Made by a program: the position numbers and the translations under genes. The notes below the pieces were generated by a model. It was given only the letters and a program-made list of their open reading frames with translations, searched no databases and was not told the origin of the DNA. A DNA stretch of 64,000 nt. Origin: Gnetum montanum (taxonomy: Eukaryota > Plantae > Gnetophyta). Shown here piece after piece: positions 12,551-27,020 of the stretch; position 1 is the first letter of the stretch; each line of letters starts with the position of its first letter. The stretch is from positions 767,229 through 831,228 of the forward strand of contig MNCI01000808.1 in NCBI GenBank assembly GCA_015680685.1, in the 5' to 3' direction.

Positions 12551-14700
12551 GCATTTAGGTTGAAGGGCTATTGAATGTGTTTGATGCAGAGGATGAGGGT
12601 GTTGGATATATAAGGTGACTAGTTACATTAGGTTGTAAGGGTTTGGGAGGATTGTTGGGTTGAAAAAATGGTTGTTTCCTAGATTTATTGTCTAAACCAC
12701 TCGACTAGAAGGCCAATTTTGGATGTACAACCCTCATAGCATTTTGTAGCTATAACTACAGGTGAATTTTGCCCTACATGGATGGAGTAGGAGGTAACTA
12801 GGTTGAGGGTAGAGGAATGTGTGCTACCGAATCTGGAGGATGATATGGATATGGGTTCTCCCCTCATGTAGATGGTGAATGAGTTTGATTGTACTTTGGA
12901 GGATAATAGTGATGTTGTAATGAGGCATAACTTACAAAGCTTCGTGGAGAAATGACTTACTGAACATAGTACCCATATGATTCTAGTTGCCTGTAAGGGT
13001 ATTACTATATTAGCAATGGCATTTCCTACAACTATGGTTGGTCCACTACTGGTATTGCTCATACAGTTATGGTGGAGCTCTAGTTGGATAGTAAATTTGT
13101 TGTTATTGGGGGAACTACCTTAGATTACCTTGAAGATAAGGCAATTATTTATGTTTTTGCCTCTATGCTAGTCAAGGCTTTAGCACATACATCCCAAACT
13201 CTTGTAAGTGTGACACCATAGGTTAACATCCCTTAGAATGGTTATATTAACAAATTTCACATCCAACATCATCATCTAAGTCTATCTCCATAACTTCTTC
13301 TACTATAGCAACTTTCCCCTTACCTCTCTACTAGGCATGTTCAGCTTCTTTATGCCTCCTATGATCATGATCACTATTCTGTTCCTTGGATTTCTTAGCA
13401 ATCTTCATAGTAGTTCAAAATTTTTCATCTAAAAAGAGTCATAATTTATCAACCTTTGTCAAAATATCAGAAATAGATTTTTAGATGGATAAGGTTTTCC
13501 TATTCACCACCTCATCGAGTGGTGACTTCTCTTCATCATAGAATTAGACCTCCCTTTTTTTGATAAAAGGATTTCTATTATATTCTTCTGTACTTTATTT
13601 TTTTCACAACTCACCTTCTTCTTTCACTACCTACTCTATCAGCCTTTGTACCTAATGATCTCTTACTTTGGATAGTCTCCCTTGGGTGTAAACCCCAAGA
13701 GTTCTTTTGGTTTCTACTTTGAGCTCATCTATGATGTGGTAGAGTTATTCCCTCTGAGAATAATCATGACTCGGGCATCAATGTAAAAGAGACTAATATT
13801 TTCCCATGGTGGCATCCAAGGATTCATGTGTTTCTAGCCTTGGATTTTCCTTCTTACAATAGACACTTTGGAGTATGTTTGGTATTTATTATTAAATAGT
13901 TCTAGCATGGTACTCCATTTGCAAATGGATTCTAGTTGCAAGGACTAATACCAGCTTTCTACCTCTTTGATGAGTGTCCTAGGGAATATCTTTAGTTTCT
14001 ACCAATCATTCTCTATGTTTTGTTAGGCACAAGCATCATGAAAGTCTTGTAGATGGTTCTGTAGATCAGAGTTATATCACCCCTCAAATCTTGGAATATT
14101 GTTCATGTCTAAGCATTTAATTCAACTATCTTTCACATGCCTTGTTGGGATCTTGACTACATTTGCAATGTTAAACATGCTTTGAGTTACCAACAAAGGC
14201 TCATCATCATTATCATTTCATTTTTGTTCATGATATCCTTTGTTATCCCTTCGATTATTGTGGACATGGCAATTAGTATTATTGTCCCACTGCTCACCTT
14301 CATCACGGTTATTCCTTCTGTGATGTTTTAGAACTAGAAGAGGAAGAAGAAAAAGATATAGATGAAGAGGAAGAAAAGGGAGGAGGACTATCACCATCAT
14401 GGGTTTTTCCAACTCCACTTTAATTTTCACAATCGCATTCATCAGTTTTCTTATCATTTTGACACTTTTCCAAGCCCCTGCCTTGAGTACCATCTTTCCT
14501 TGAACCTAGATTATTGATAGTAGACCGTAGATATAGAGCCACACCCCCATCATTAGTAACAAGGGGTGGAGAATCTTCATGTTGAGAGTTCCCTGAGGAA
14601 GGATCCTCATGGTTGTCTTGGTTTAGCAAGAACAAGGAGTTGGTGAATTGTTTTTCCTTCATAGCCTCATGATGCCTCTCTTGGTGATGATGTCTCTTGC
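12550..14700 (-). pseudogene. gag: gag remnant of element A
   Basis: Minus strand ~14060-13750 reads NHLQDFHDAC..KLKIFPRTL..WY*SL...SICKW..MLELFNNKY (retrotransposon gag core). Downstream is a Pro-rich region with a CSVSHFSTKLC knuckle-like motif. Confidence 0.8.
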
Positions 14701-15123
14701 ATTATGTTTCAGTGGGATCGTAGTCTCAATAGTTACAATCATGCATAATGTACTCCTCTTGAAGATCATGGATGCCCAACTTCTTAAGAGTTTGAAGTAG
14801 CATCACAGACATAGATCGATTGGGAGGCATTAGAATGTTTCCTTCCATATCATTCCATTGTAGTTGTTCATCCTAATGTAGGATGAAGGTGAAATTAGAC
14901 ACATACTCATTTGGATGAGTATATACCACTTTGCACTCCTGAGGGACTGGCAATTTCATATCATCTTGCCTATGAAAGGAAGAAGAAATTTTACAAAACA
15001 AATAAAATATTAGTATGCTTATGTAATTATATTATGTGTGATAATGATGTTGACCTTAGGATTCGTCCAATGATGTTAATAATATTCACAAAACATAGAT
15101 AGCACATGTTTCAACAAAAAGAG

Positions 15124-15142
15124 TTCTAGACAATAGTGCTAA
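15124..15142 (-). promoter_or_regulatory. Primer-binding site of element A (decayed tRNA-Asp type)
   Basis: Minus strand reads TTAGCACTATTGTCTAGAA next to the LTR end, a transition-decayed TTGGCGCCGTTGCCGGGGA, the PBS typical of Athila. Confidence 0.7.
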
Positions 15143-16113
15143 TGATGAGCAATGAGATACCCCTACGTCAAACCATATGAAGTATGAAGTATTCACACAT
15201 GATCTAGTCAAATTTTGTGGACTCTATAGTTTTCGGTACACTAGTCTTCTAGGAAGTGAACCTTGCTCTAATGGTCGTTTATTGTCTTCCCAATTACAAT
15301 AGTAAAGCTCAAGGATATGGTTTAAGTGTAATTGAGGGACATGATTATTATTCTTTTATGTTTTATGGTTTTTGTGCTTAAAATAAAAAGGATAAAAAAT
15401 AAAGTAATTTAATGTCTACTTTAATCTAATGGGCTAACTATTGTTTAACTAGTCCTAATATAAGTATCTAGTCTCACTTGCTGTACTCATCTTGAACACA
15501 TATAACATTGTTGGGTTACTAAGTGTTAAGCACTATTGGGATTACCAAACATCATATGCATGCTTGAAGTGATCATACTTATGTTTTTACTTAATTACTA
15601 TTTAGCTTATCTTTCTTAATTACTTAATTACCCTAATTATTGAAGAACATTGAAAAAATAACTAGAAATATTAAATGCATGAATAAAACATTTAAACTAT
15701 CTAGATAGCTACAAGGTTTATCAAGAACCTCATCTTTATTTCTGCACACACTATTCTACTTAGGTACAATAGGGCTTGAATAAAGATTTGTACACTCAGT
15801 GACTCCTACTATGGGCACTTTGGAAAATATTCAAACTTTCAAATGTAAAAACTACAAGAGTTTAGCTACCACTATGACTTTTCTCCCATAAACACAATTG
15901 TGAACTTGTATTAATATTTTTTGTTGTTGGGTTGCATCGATGAGGTCTCGTAGACATAGCAAATGCTCCGTCAACAGTGCCCTATTGATGGGGCAACATC
16001 ACGTAAATGGGCCCCCATCAATGGGGGTTGGTCGATGAGGCTACATCAATGGGGGTTGGTCGATGAGGCTACGTCAATGGGGACCTATTGACACAACACT
16101 TTGATGCTAATCA
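15143..16113 (-). repeat. 5' LTR of element A (contains a perfect 28-bp tandem duplication at 16016-16071)
   Basis: Colinear with 2928-3869, followed by TSD AGAGT. Confidence 0.92.
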
Positions 16114-17121
16114 AGAGTTATACTATTTCAAAATACATTTGGCTAACCAAATTAACTATAATTGGGATAAAATTTTGCAAGAAGATAATCTTTCCAAGCC
16201 TAATATCACCTCAAAAGTTCAAATAATGAGGTAGTTACAAGCTTTTAAAGTTCACTGAAAAATATGATTTTTTTTCATTATAACACATTATTAGGTCATG
16301 GTAAACATACCACAATTTTTGATAGTATAAATTTCAAATTTTTTAACAATGTTACTAGATTTCTTAATTTACTATTTTTTAAGGGAATGACTTATGGTTA
16401 GCTTAAGATTTAAAATTATGATTCATGATATAAAAATTTTAAAGGATTTTTGATATACCTAAAAAATCATACTTAGAAAAATTAATTAAAACATAACTAC
16501 TTATAAGATATAATAAATAAAACTTAATCATTAAAAAAATCCTTAAACCACATTCATGCTTCTGAAATCATATAAGCATATATAATAAATTAATAACTTA
16601 GTAACTTAGAAGCCACTTTAAAATCTACATAAGCACATTTATGTTTATTTAGGCCTTGTTGTAATATAACATCACAATTTAATAGAAAGTTCATATTCAT
16701 GGTGAAAATACAAATCCATTGAATAACATAAAGCATCAAATGAAATACAATAAGAAAAAATCTTCATCAAATGTTAATTCTTCATATAGATTCTTTTTGT
16801 TCACCTATAATGCGTCTTCAAAAATTTGTGTCAAACACATTTAGGAAGGGTTAGAATACCATCATAGTAGAGAAAATCCATCTTAAAGCTTCATGGAATA
16901 AGATTGGAAGATGAGTCCATGTTACAAAACACAATATTAGAACCAATAACAATTATGAATTAGCTTAACACTTGATTAATACCATAATCTATGTATATGA
17001 TAATTTATCATAATTCCATGATTTATTTACCAATGGTATTTATATGAGATTTTTCGTATCAAACTTTCAAAATAACTACAAGGTTGATACTAACTTAAAC
17101 TATCCATTAAGAACTACTTGA

Positions 17122-20100
17122 TGTAATATCCCATCTATGTAGGCTAAACCTCATGTATTAAAATATTAATAACATGAATAGATATATCATTAATAGATAT
17201 ATAGATATGCTTATATCATTATGTGAATTGTGATTATTTTTAAGTGAGCAATCTTTGCTTCTTTTCCGTTTGTTAAATTTGTAGTATTTTATATACATGT
17301 TCATTAGATGAATACTATTGAGTTATTTTTTTTATAGATCTATGTAAATACTTTTTGGAACTTTAATATTTTTCTTTGATCAGTAACTCATAATGGTTTG
17401 TAATTATTTTATAGTCTTTGTGGTATATTATGGTTATTTACAAATTTTGGTATCATGGGTGTTATAAGATAATGCATCAAATAATCATAGGATTTTGTAT
17501 TATACAAATGTTTTAAGTTTCAATATCATTAAAATCAATTTTTAATAGATTGAGCATATTCAGTAAATCAAATATTTTGAGTTTTATTTCTAGAGGTTTT
17601 CATTATGTTGAGTTCTCCAATTTGTTTTCTTTTTATGATATCATGGTCTCATTTAATCTATTTTCCATTAGTTGTTGAATCATTTTTCCTTGTTGATTCT
17701 CGTTTTTCTTATTTTAAATGTTTCCTAAATGTTGTATATCTTTTACTCTTCTTTTAGTCAATTTTACAATTTTTGTATGAAATCATGAGTTGAAATAGGT
17801 CATGGTTAGGTTTTGATCCTCAATCATGAGTTGTGGTGGAGTCATGGTGAAGTTTTGATGTGATCTTTGTTCTTTTTGCATTGATTTTAGTCTCTATTTT
17901 CCAAACCTATAATATTAAAAATTAATCAGAAGTCATGGTTGACCATCATAAGTTCTGTTAAGAGCATGATATGTTGTCTCTTGTTGTTATTTCATTTTAC
18001 TCTTTCTAGAGGCCTCCATGTCCATCACAAGTCATGGTGAGGTCATGGTTAGTAAACCATGAGCTATGGTAAGATCATCATGAAATTATGGTCAATCATC
18101 TATAGTCATGATAAAGTTTTGAGGTTTTGAGCCTTAGTGTCAATCAATGATACCATTTCTATATTTTAGGATCTTCCTCATAGACCATGAGTCATGGTCA
18201 AGTTATTGTTGATTATCACAAGTCATGGTTTCTTTTTGGTTTAGAATGTTTACTTCAATTTCTATCATTTTTCATTTTTGAGCATATCACAAGTCATGAT
18301 CTAATCCTGATTAGGTCATGATAAGCCACCATGGATCATGGTAAGTTTATGGCATTTTCTCTTTATCATTTCTATCATTTTATGCTATTAATTCTTATTT
18401 TGATCTCATTTAATAATTTTTACCTTAATTTGAGTTAGTTTTAGAGTTTTAAACTTGTTGGTTAACAACCTTGATGTGAATTATTTCTAGACCTATGACT
18501 ATTTGTTGTTTTTGTACCTTTTATCATTAATATTTTTTAAAGCCTATTTAAAATATTTTTTGAATTTTTAATTGTTGAAAATAGCATTGGGTTTTATGTT
18601 TGGTTAGATATGGGCTTCCTAGAGATGTTTAAAAATAAAACCCTACTATTATGCATCAGTGTATCATTGTAGGATCCATCCTACATGAGAAAGTAATTCC
18701 ATGGTTCATTGGTATTTTTATTTAATGTCTCCAAAATATTAGAGGTGAGTCCTAGATGGAACCTCTAGTACCAATAGTTTAGAATGATTAAATTGATTTT
18801 TGGGCAGCACCTCTCATATGTTAATAATAATAATAAATTTATGTTCATGGTAGTTTGGCTTTCTAGTTTTCATTTTGGATATTTGAGGAAGTACACATGG
18901 CAATATTTGATACACTTAAAACTTATTGTAGTTTGTGCTAGCCTACTTGTTTGTTTTCTAATTAAAGAAGTGATAATTTAGTTTGGTTAGCATTATTTGT
19001 CTCTTCAAAATTAGATCAATATAGTTGTTTTCTTTAGTTGTATGGATTATTTATGAACTATAATATAATTTGTATGTCATGAATGTCAGAATTAGTCACC
19101 ATGAGATCTACTCATTGACTTAGCTATACTAGATAACAAGTTTTCCTAATTAGTGTTTACTAACCTATTGTTTTATTTAGGGGTCCTCAAAGCTAGATGA
19201 TCATGGAGATCTTAATGGCTTATTAATTTTTTGATTCATGTTTTGTCATTATTAGCTTAGACATTTATCATTTTATGATGTATGAGACTATCTTTTAGAT
19301 ATGTTCAATTGATCTATGTTTCTATTTCATGTATCATATTATGATTTCTATATGGCTAGAACTATTTCAATTTATGTTGGATATTTAGAAGGATTTAGAT
19401 TTTTAGAATCATGTTTATTATATCCTTTTAGTTTATTTAAGTTTCCAATATTTTTATATAATCAAATTTAATCACATTTTTAGTTATTTTTATTAATTCT
19501 TTTTTTGCTACTTAGTTTCTCTTCTATTTCTTTTGTTCATGACTTCACCATAAGTCTTCTTTCATTTTTCCTTTGCATATTAGTTTCCTTTCATTTATTC
19601 TTTTCTTAGTCATGGTCAATAATTCATTAAGGGTTATATACAAAACATAATGTTCTTCAATGTAAGGTTAGGAAGGAGGGTAAAACAAGTTGGTGTTACA
19701 AAGTAGATTACTAATTTCCTTAATACTTTTAATGCTCATTATATCCCTTCAGAGTACATAGAGGTAAAGGTAAATAATTTTGACCATCTCTACCAGGGTA
19801 GTTGGATTATCACTAAGTATGAATGTGTTGCACATGCAAATGGATGAAAGTGCTAGATCCAATCATCATACTAGAGGTCTTTCTACATGCATCAAGGAAC
19901 ACTTCATTTTTCTTCATCTTTAGATACATAAGGATGTGTATGTTTATGAATTATAAGTAGAAAATATTCAATTATTAAAGGTAGTGCATCATAATCACTC
20001 TTAGAATATGGACCAAATCTCTTCAGAAAAGTTTGATGAATCTAACTAGACTTGAGGTTATAGTTACAATGAGAAATAGCAATAATATCTACAACAACAA

Positions 20101-22890
20101 CTAGTAGATAGTAGTCCATTCATGGACCCATTACTTATCATGCTTGTGGTAGAGTTAGGTGCATCAATAAGGATTTTTCTTATTAACACAACTATGAGTA
20201 GCCAAGTCATAAGATATTTAACTATTTGAAGCATTTATATTGGTAGAGGTTTTTAGTAGGTTGTTAAATCTATAGGTGACTAGGATGATGCAAGGACATA
20301 TGCCCTTATTTGCACATTAACAAATTAGATGGTAGATTCTTAATCTAATACCATTATGGATTTTTGAGATACAATTTTTAATTTGGTAGTTTTGATTCTT
20401 TTTTATCCTGTTGCTAGGTATGTTTCTGTTGATCCACAAGTAGTAGGATGCTTAGGTTTGAAGGGTCAATCTCTTTCTCAAAGACCTATTTTTAGCATTA
20501 TTTGTGCTAGTATGTTTGTTATGAACTATGTTTGTAGATAGATACCTTTGATGATTCAATATGCTTTTTGGTTTAATGATCTTCATGCTATGGACTTAGA
20601 AGACCACAATGTCATCTTTGACATGGATTGGTTATCTCACTATTAGGGTATCTTGGATTTTTATCATAAGGAACTTAGAGATAGATGATAGTGTTTAGAT
20701 GACCATGCATACCAAGTCACAAGGTCAGGTTAGATCTAGTATCTTTGAGGTCATTTCATTACTTGTTCTATAAGGACCATTTCTACTTTTCTATCTCATT
20801 CAACAAATATTCCTTTTCACTTGGCATAAAAAAAATTCCTACTGTTCTTGAGTTCTATGATGTCTTCCTTTTGAATTTTATTATTTTTTCTTCTAGGTGT
20901 GATGTTGAGTTTAAGATTATTCTTAGACTTGGAGTTGAACCTATCTCTAATATTTTACACTAGATGTTACTCATTATTTTGTCTAAACCAAAGATTCAAA
21001 TTCAATAGCTACTAAATAAGAGATTGATTCATCTAAGTGTATCTTCTTAGGGTGCTTTTATTCTCTACATTAAGAAAAAGGATAGTAGTACAAGATTATT
21101 CATTAATTATAAATAGCTAAATTAGGTGATGGTGAAGAATAGGCATTTCTTGCCATGTATAAATGATCTATTTGACTAGTTGAGAGTGACATTGATATTC
21201 ATGAAGATAGATACGGAGTTATGGTATAACCAAGTTTTCATTAGAGAGGATTATATTCCCTAGATAGCGTTCATGATATGGTATGGATATTATGAGTCCA
21301 TGGTTGATGAAATGTCTAGTGGAAATTTTTATAGCTTTTTGTAAGTCCAGATGTACTAAGTTATTTGTGTGCAATTAAACATATAGCTTGTAATTGCTTT
21401 AGTAAGTTTTTATACTTTACTTAATATACTACCACATTAGGTATGTTGCCTCACATGATGTGTTTTCACACTTACTGCACTATCATACCACTTTCATTAC
21501 AAACCCTAAAACTATAAATATCCAAGATGAAAAGCTTAAAATTATCTTGTATTTTCAATTTGGATTAATGTAAGAGCTTCTCCTCCTCATGTATGTGTAC
21601 AATTTATTTTCTTTGGTATTTTGAGTTGTTTCTTCACTATGTAGCAAGACTTGGTTAGAGTACTACCATGTTTATGTAGCCTAGTACCATTTGATCAACA
21701 TAAAGTCAATTGTTTGCATAATTAATAAAGCTCATTTTGATTTTCTTAAAATTTTTAATTTAATTTTATTGAACTTTAATAAGGATATATAATAGATAAA
21801 TTTATTTGCTAATTTTAAAAATTATAATTAATTTAATTTCTTTAGATATATTAGCATGATTATGAGAAGCTTTGGAATGATTCTTCATTGCTTGAGGAGG
21901 GTATCTTTGTATGAAATGATGTTGAGCCATTGAAGAAATAACTTAGGATATTTTATTACTTTTGCATGTGAGTGTTACACCTATTTTATAAACGATTATA
22001 GCATGGTTTTCATGTGTGTTAGATTTTTACATTGCACTTGTTCCATAAGGAATTGTAACATGAAAGTGGGTTTTATTTTCTTTTCATATGTGAACATTGA
22101 CTTGTTTTGCAAGGAATTACAATGAGTTTTGATTATTATTCTATTCTTTATATCTATAAAATACATAAAATTTATACATTTATAAAATATAAAAATATCA
22201 CTTTCCTACCATGGAAATATAATTTTCTTCACTTATAGCATATGTATTATAATATTTTCATTTATTAATTATACTGACATACACAAGTAAATTTTATAAT
22301 TGATGTCCCCATCATCTTCAATGTTTATTGCTAGTTCACTACATGTAACATAGATAAATATCTTGTGGTCTTGCCTAAATGTGGGAGGCAGGGAGGGGGG
22401 TCTAGGAGGAGGACTCTTATTAATAGTTTTGTTGTTCAAACTCAATAATGCTCCTACCATTGTCATGCATCTTATGAACAATGTCATGAAACCATACCTA
22501 TACTAATTTATCATTGTGTTTACCTCTAGACTAATTTATCGTTGTGTTCACTAATGACATCGTGATGTACTTTTCATCATATAAGATGCACAAAAAATAT
22601 TTGAGGACATACATGATTCAAGAGGATATTCAAAGTAGTTTCTTTGACATCATCAGATCAACTTCTTAGAACATATCATTTTGAAAATTGATATAGTAGT
22701 GGATCTTGCTATGATATTGAGTATTTGGAATTATTCTATTTCTAGGGATGTTAGTGAGGTTCATATTTTCCTTGGGTTAGTAGGTTACTATAAGAGGTTC
22801 AATGAGAACTTTTTTCAAATGGCTTCACCTCTAACACAATTTTTGTAGAAGGATGTTGGATACTTGTTAGACCCACAATACTAGGTTGCT
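17122..22890 (+). mobile_element. Element C: truncated Tekay-like chromoviral Ty3/gypsy (5' LTR ~17122-19687, PBS ~19691, PR ~20380-20650, RT ~20950-22890)
   Basis: TGTAATATCC start. The LTR end resembles the reverse complement of 32536 onward. Decayed TGGTATCAGAGC-like PBS. Protease DHNVIFDMDWLS; RT KKKDSS..KNRHFLP.INDLFD, then YES MV|LLFKLNNAP across the solo LTR. Confidence 0.75.
21305..22422. mobile_element. Solo LTR inserted in the RT of element C
   Basis: Starts TGATG and ends TATTA (decayed CATCA). Flanked by ATGGT/ATAGT (5-bp TSD with one transition). Removing it rejoins the RT motif equivalent to YEFLVMPFGLTNAP. Confidence 0.8.
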
Positions 22891-22893
22891 TTT

Positions 22894-23515
22894 TATGACA
22901 TTTGGTTCCTGGATGTCATAAAATACAATTGTTCTTAGCTTAATTCATCAAATTAATTGGAATTATAATGGAAATAACATGAAATAACATGATAAATAAA
23001 TAACTCTGTAAATTGCCAGTGCACTGAAATTAATAGAAAGAAAAAACAAAGGAAAAACTTTTATTAATGAGAGTGATACATTGTAACATCCTTTGGGTTA
23101 TCTTTCCATGCCACTTAAGCCTTAGAGATAATCTAGCACTACCACCATAGTTAGGCTATACAGTTGATAGGTTCATTAGTCCCTTCTTATTCCACTTCAC
23201 CTAGCTCTTATCACTTGCCAATCTAGGCTCCACCACTCCATGGCAACATGACCTCTAAAATTGATGTGACATCCCATTCTTAGATGTCGTAAAAAAATGT
23301 TTATTCATCACTTAGTTCATCACATTCACAAGCATTATAATGAAATACTATGAAATATTTGATAAATGAATAATAGGTACATGGAATAAGAAATAAAAAT
23401 AGATAAAAATTTTATTAATAAGAGTGGTATACTATAATGCCTTTTGGGTTATCTTCTCATGCAACTTAAGCCTTAAAGGCAATCTAGCACTACCATAACA
23501 GTTAGGCTTTCTAGT
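22894..23515. repeat. ~371-bp unit in two tandem copies (second truncated by element B); related copy at ~56250-56729
   Basis: Units start TATGACAT (22894) and TGTGACAT (23265) and share CTTAAGCCTTAGAG..ATCTAGCACTACCA..GTTAGGCT. The same core is present at ~56390-56430. Confidence 0.75.
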
Positions 23516-24526
23516 TGATGAATCATAGTTTTCCAAGCCCTGATATCAAGTACAAGATATCAGGTACCCAATATCTCAGCCTGGATACAATATCGTATAC
23601 ATGATATCGTGATTTCTGTGTTGGCCTCTAAATATAGCACTCAGGTACACGGGGAGGAGTCTTTTGGTTGGTAAGTCTTAGGGTAGAGTCTTTTTGTTAG
23701 TTTTTAGTCGATTTTGATTTTCTTTTCCTAGTGCATGCCCACAACGTGATGCTTGTAATCATATAGAACCTTTATTCGAGTATGACGTACTTAGACATGC
23801 ACATGAGTGGCAATAAAGATCGAGATTACTCCATCATTGTAGCATCCACTTAGTTTTTAATTATTTAATTATTATTGTTAATTGTTATTGTTATTTATTG
23901 TTTTCTTTGTTAATATTTCTTTATTATCATTTACTATTCCTGTTATTAAATGTAGAATGAGTATGACTTAATCACGAACATTTAAGTGTAACTACTTGGT
24001 AACCCAGTAGCATATCTAGGAGTGCTCAAGTAATATGCACTTGGTAATACTAGAAGTAGTACACAAGGTCCAAGATGCACATGGATGATTAAGGATGAAT
24101 TATCATCACACTTACACTAGCTTAGATTTTTCTTCTCATTGCCTATTAGCTTAAAAAAATTATTTTCTATTGTCTCTAGGAGTAGCACTAGTTTAGGATC
24201 ATATCATTTGCTTCACTCTGGACTAAACCATACATGACCAAGTAAATACTAGTCTAGGTGGGAAGAAAGTGAACTGCAATCAATGTGTAACTATCTAGAT
24301 ACCACAACTACTTTGTCTGTGAAGTTTGATTGGATCATGCATGAACACTCGTATTCGTATGGTTGAGTGTAGGGGTATCTCACCACTCATCATTGGTGTC
24401 ATTGCCGAGGACAGTGCTAGTTATCTAGATTAGTTATATTATACAAGATTGCTATAATAGGGTATTAATGATATATCTTTTAGACAAATAAATTAAACTC
24501 AATTAAGTCACACACAATTCACACCA

Positions 24527-27020
24527 ATGTCTCTTTCACAAGATAATGATAACACAACATCTAGCGAGGTAATTCATTGGAGAACTAATGAAGAAGTTTG
24601 GAGTACTCAATCTTATGCAGGAGTTTCATATGTTCATAAACACCCCAACGATATTCAAGGATGTTTTTCATTCAACTCAGACATCTCTAGTGAAAATGGG
24701 ACATCCCCTAGAATGAGGGGGCCCATAAGGCCTAGGACCTTCGTAATAATTAACAAGAATTTATCTAGGGATAATTGGGAGACTTACAAAAGTTATGACA
24801 AGTCTTCTAGTTATTCCTCTTCCTCTACTCCTTTGATGTTAGGTTGTGGTGTGGATGACCATATTTCAAGGGGCTAGCATAGAAGTAAAAATTGAGCCCA
24901 TAGGCAAAGTCATGAACATCTTTCAAGGGGCTAGCATAGAAGTAAAACTTGAGCCCATAGGAAAAGTCATGAATGAGGAAAACATCATTCCAACTCATAA
25001 TTTCATAACTTACCCAGTGATGATGAACCCATACTAGCCACTAAGAGAATAATTTATATACAAGAGGCTATTCAAATATCCCGTAGGCATCATAAGAAAA
25101 TCCATTTACCCAATCTTGATTTAAATAACTTTTCCAAGTTTTTGAGCAGCTTGATTTATATTTGCAACATCATCTACAAGCCTTCTACAATGCCTGTGTA
25201 AGGAAGAATATTGATAATGGTTGGAAAAAACTTAAGCTCTTTCCTATGACACTCATTAGCCAAGAAAAAGTATGGTACAAGTCCTTAAAACCAAAATCAA
25301 TTCAACGTTGGCCAACAATGGTAGAACTCTTCAATGAAAGATATCAAACCTATGCAAGAGTGTCAACCTTGAGGAGAAAAATCCAAGAGTGGAAACAAGG
25401 GCAACATGAACACTTGGACATGGCCTTAGAAAGATATTACTCTTTGTTAAAAAAATGCCTAGGCCATGGGTTCTCTAAGGAAAGGCTATAGTACCACCTC
25501 ATGGATGGGCTCCGTAATGAAACAAGGGATACCCTAGGGATGTATGCCCTAGGTCAACTATATGAACTACGAATCCATCAATTACAAGAGCTTATTAAGT
25601 AGGTAGTAGAAGGAGAAGGAGAAATAGCCAAATGGGAGAATATTAAAAAATCTCAACAGGACCAAACTCTCGAGGTAACAAAGGTCAATAATCATAAAGA
25701 GGAGAAATCAACTCACCTTAAGGAGGTGAAACCATTTCTACCTTTGCCAATATTAAAATTAGTAGATGAAATCAAGGCAAAGGTCAACAAGATGACAGAG
25801 TGGATACATGAAAAATGTAGAGAATATGTAGACATTATTAGAGGGAGACCCACACAAGATAACTTTGATGACCAAAACAAGCTAAGGATAACAAACCTCA
25901 AAACAAGAAAAAACACCATTCAACAATTGGAAAGAAGGGCTAAAGAGAATGAGGATAGGGTATCAACCACAAAACATAAGTATCAATGCGATGTTTTCCT
26001 ATACGATCACCTAAGATGCTAATGCCTAATCTTCTCACATCTACATGAGCATTGGGAAAAAATGTTACATCCAAATTTCATATAGAAGTATATGGTTGGA
26101 TGCATCGCTATCCCACACCTTTATGGGAAATTCCATAACTCATTGTACTATCCATGGGTAAAGTCTTAATAGCCTCAGTACTGTGCTCAACTGCAGTGGC
26201 AAAACCCCTGGTCATGGGGGAGGCCAACACCAAATTGGCCATACCCTTTGTATCACTCAAAACTGAGTGCTTATTATGTTCAACACCCTGTTTCTCCAAC
26301 TGGATTGACATCCTCTATTTCACCTCATTGTTAACATTCTATTGAGTATCATTAGTCCATGTCCTCTCCTATAGGGTCACCACCTCATGTTCCTCACACT
26401 TCTCCTTTCTCTCAATATTCTCATCCTTCACCTGATTCTAGATCACCACCAATTGTACCAGAAAGTTTTGCACCATAGCACCAACCCAAAAACATTACTT
26501 GTGCTACTATTATCAATAGTAGTGGGAATCCTCCACAATGTCAGAAGCATCATTTCTTTAGGCATGTCCGTAGAAAGAGACTACATGGTTCTGAAACCAT
26601 TACATCCTCCAACTTAGCACAAGCCCAACACTGTGATGCACCTTCCTCTTCAGAATCAATCAATGCTTCCTGTTACCTTATCTAGGCCACTAATCAATAT
26701 TCCAACAACCTTGAGACCTAATGAACATAACAACATGGGGAGACATATCGATCCTTGCATACTATCTTATGGTCATGGATGCCATAGTGGGTTAGCTTCT
26801 TATCACATGACCACATCTCATAATCTACCCCACTAGGCCTACTTTAATCAAGTCTGTGAACTCCAATTTGGGTACATTTTTCCCACCACACCAAAATACA
26901 CCTAGTGGTTTGGATATGACTGGACCCCAATAGTTCCAATATGCATGGATTCAAACTTTTCATTTATTAATTCTTTCCATGATCCAAGGTTTACTCATGG
27001 GGGATACCCTCCATTCTAAC
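24527..27020 (+). pseudogene. gag: gag remnant of element B (core 25162-25700, Pro-rich C-terminus; in-frame 57-bp duplication at 24861-24974)
   Basis: QHHLQAFYNAC..KLKLFPMTL..KVWYKSLKPKSIQRWPTMVELFNERY..KQGQHEHLDMALERYYSLLKKC.GHG is a retrotransposon gag core, homologous to element A gag. Confidence 0.8.

Larger units (their letters stand above)
2928..16113 (-). mobile_element. Element A: full-length degenerate Athila-like Ty3/gypsy LTR retrotransposon
   Basis: Two similar LTRs (2928-3869, 15143-16113) with TGATG...ATCA ends. Exact 5-bp TSD AGAGT (2923-2927, 16114-16118). Decayed tRNA-Asp-type PBS, PPT GTTGTGGGGATA, and gag-PR-RT-RH-INT order with no aRH or chromodomain seen. Confidence 0.92.
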
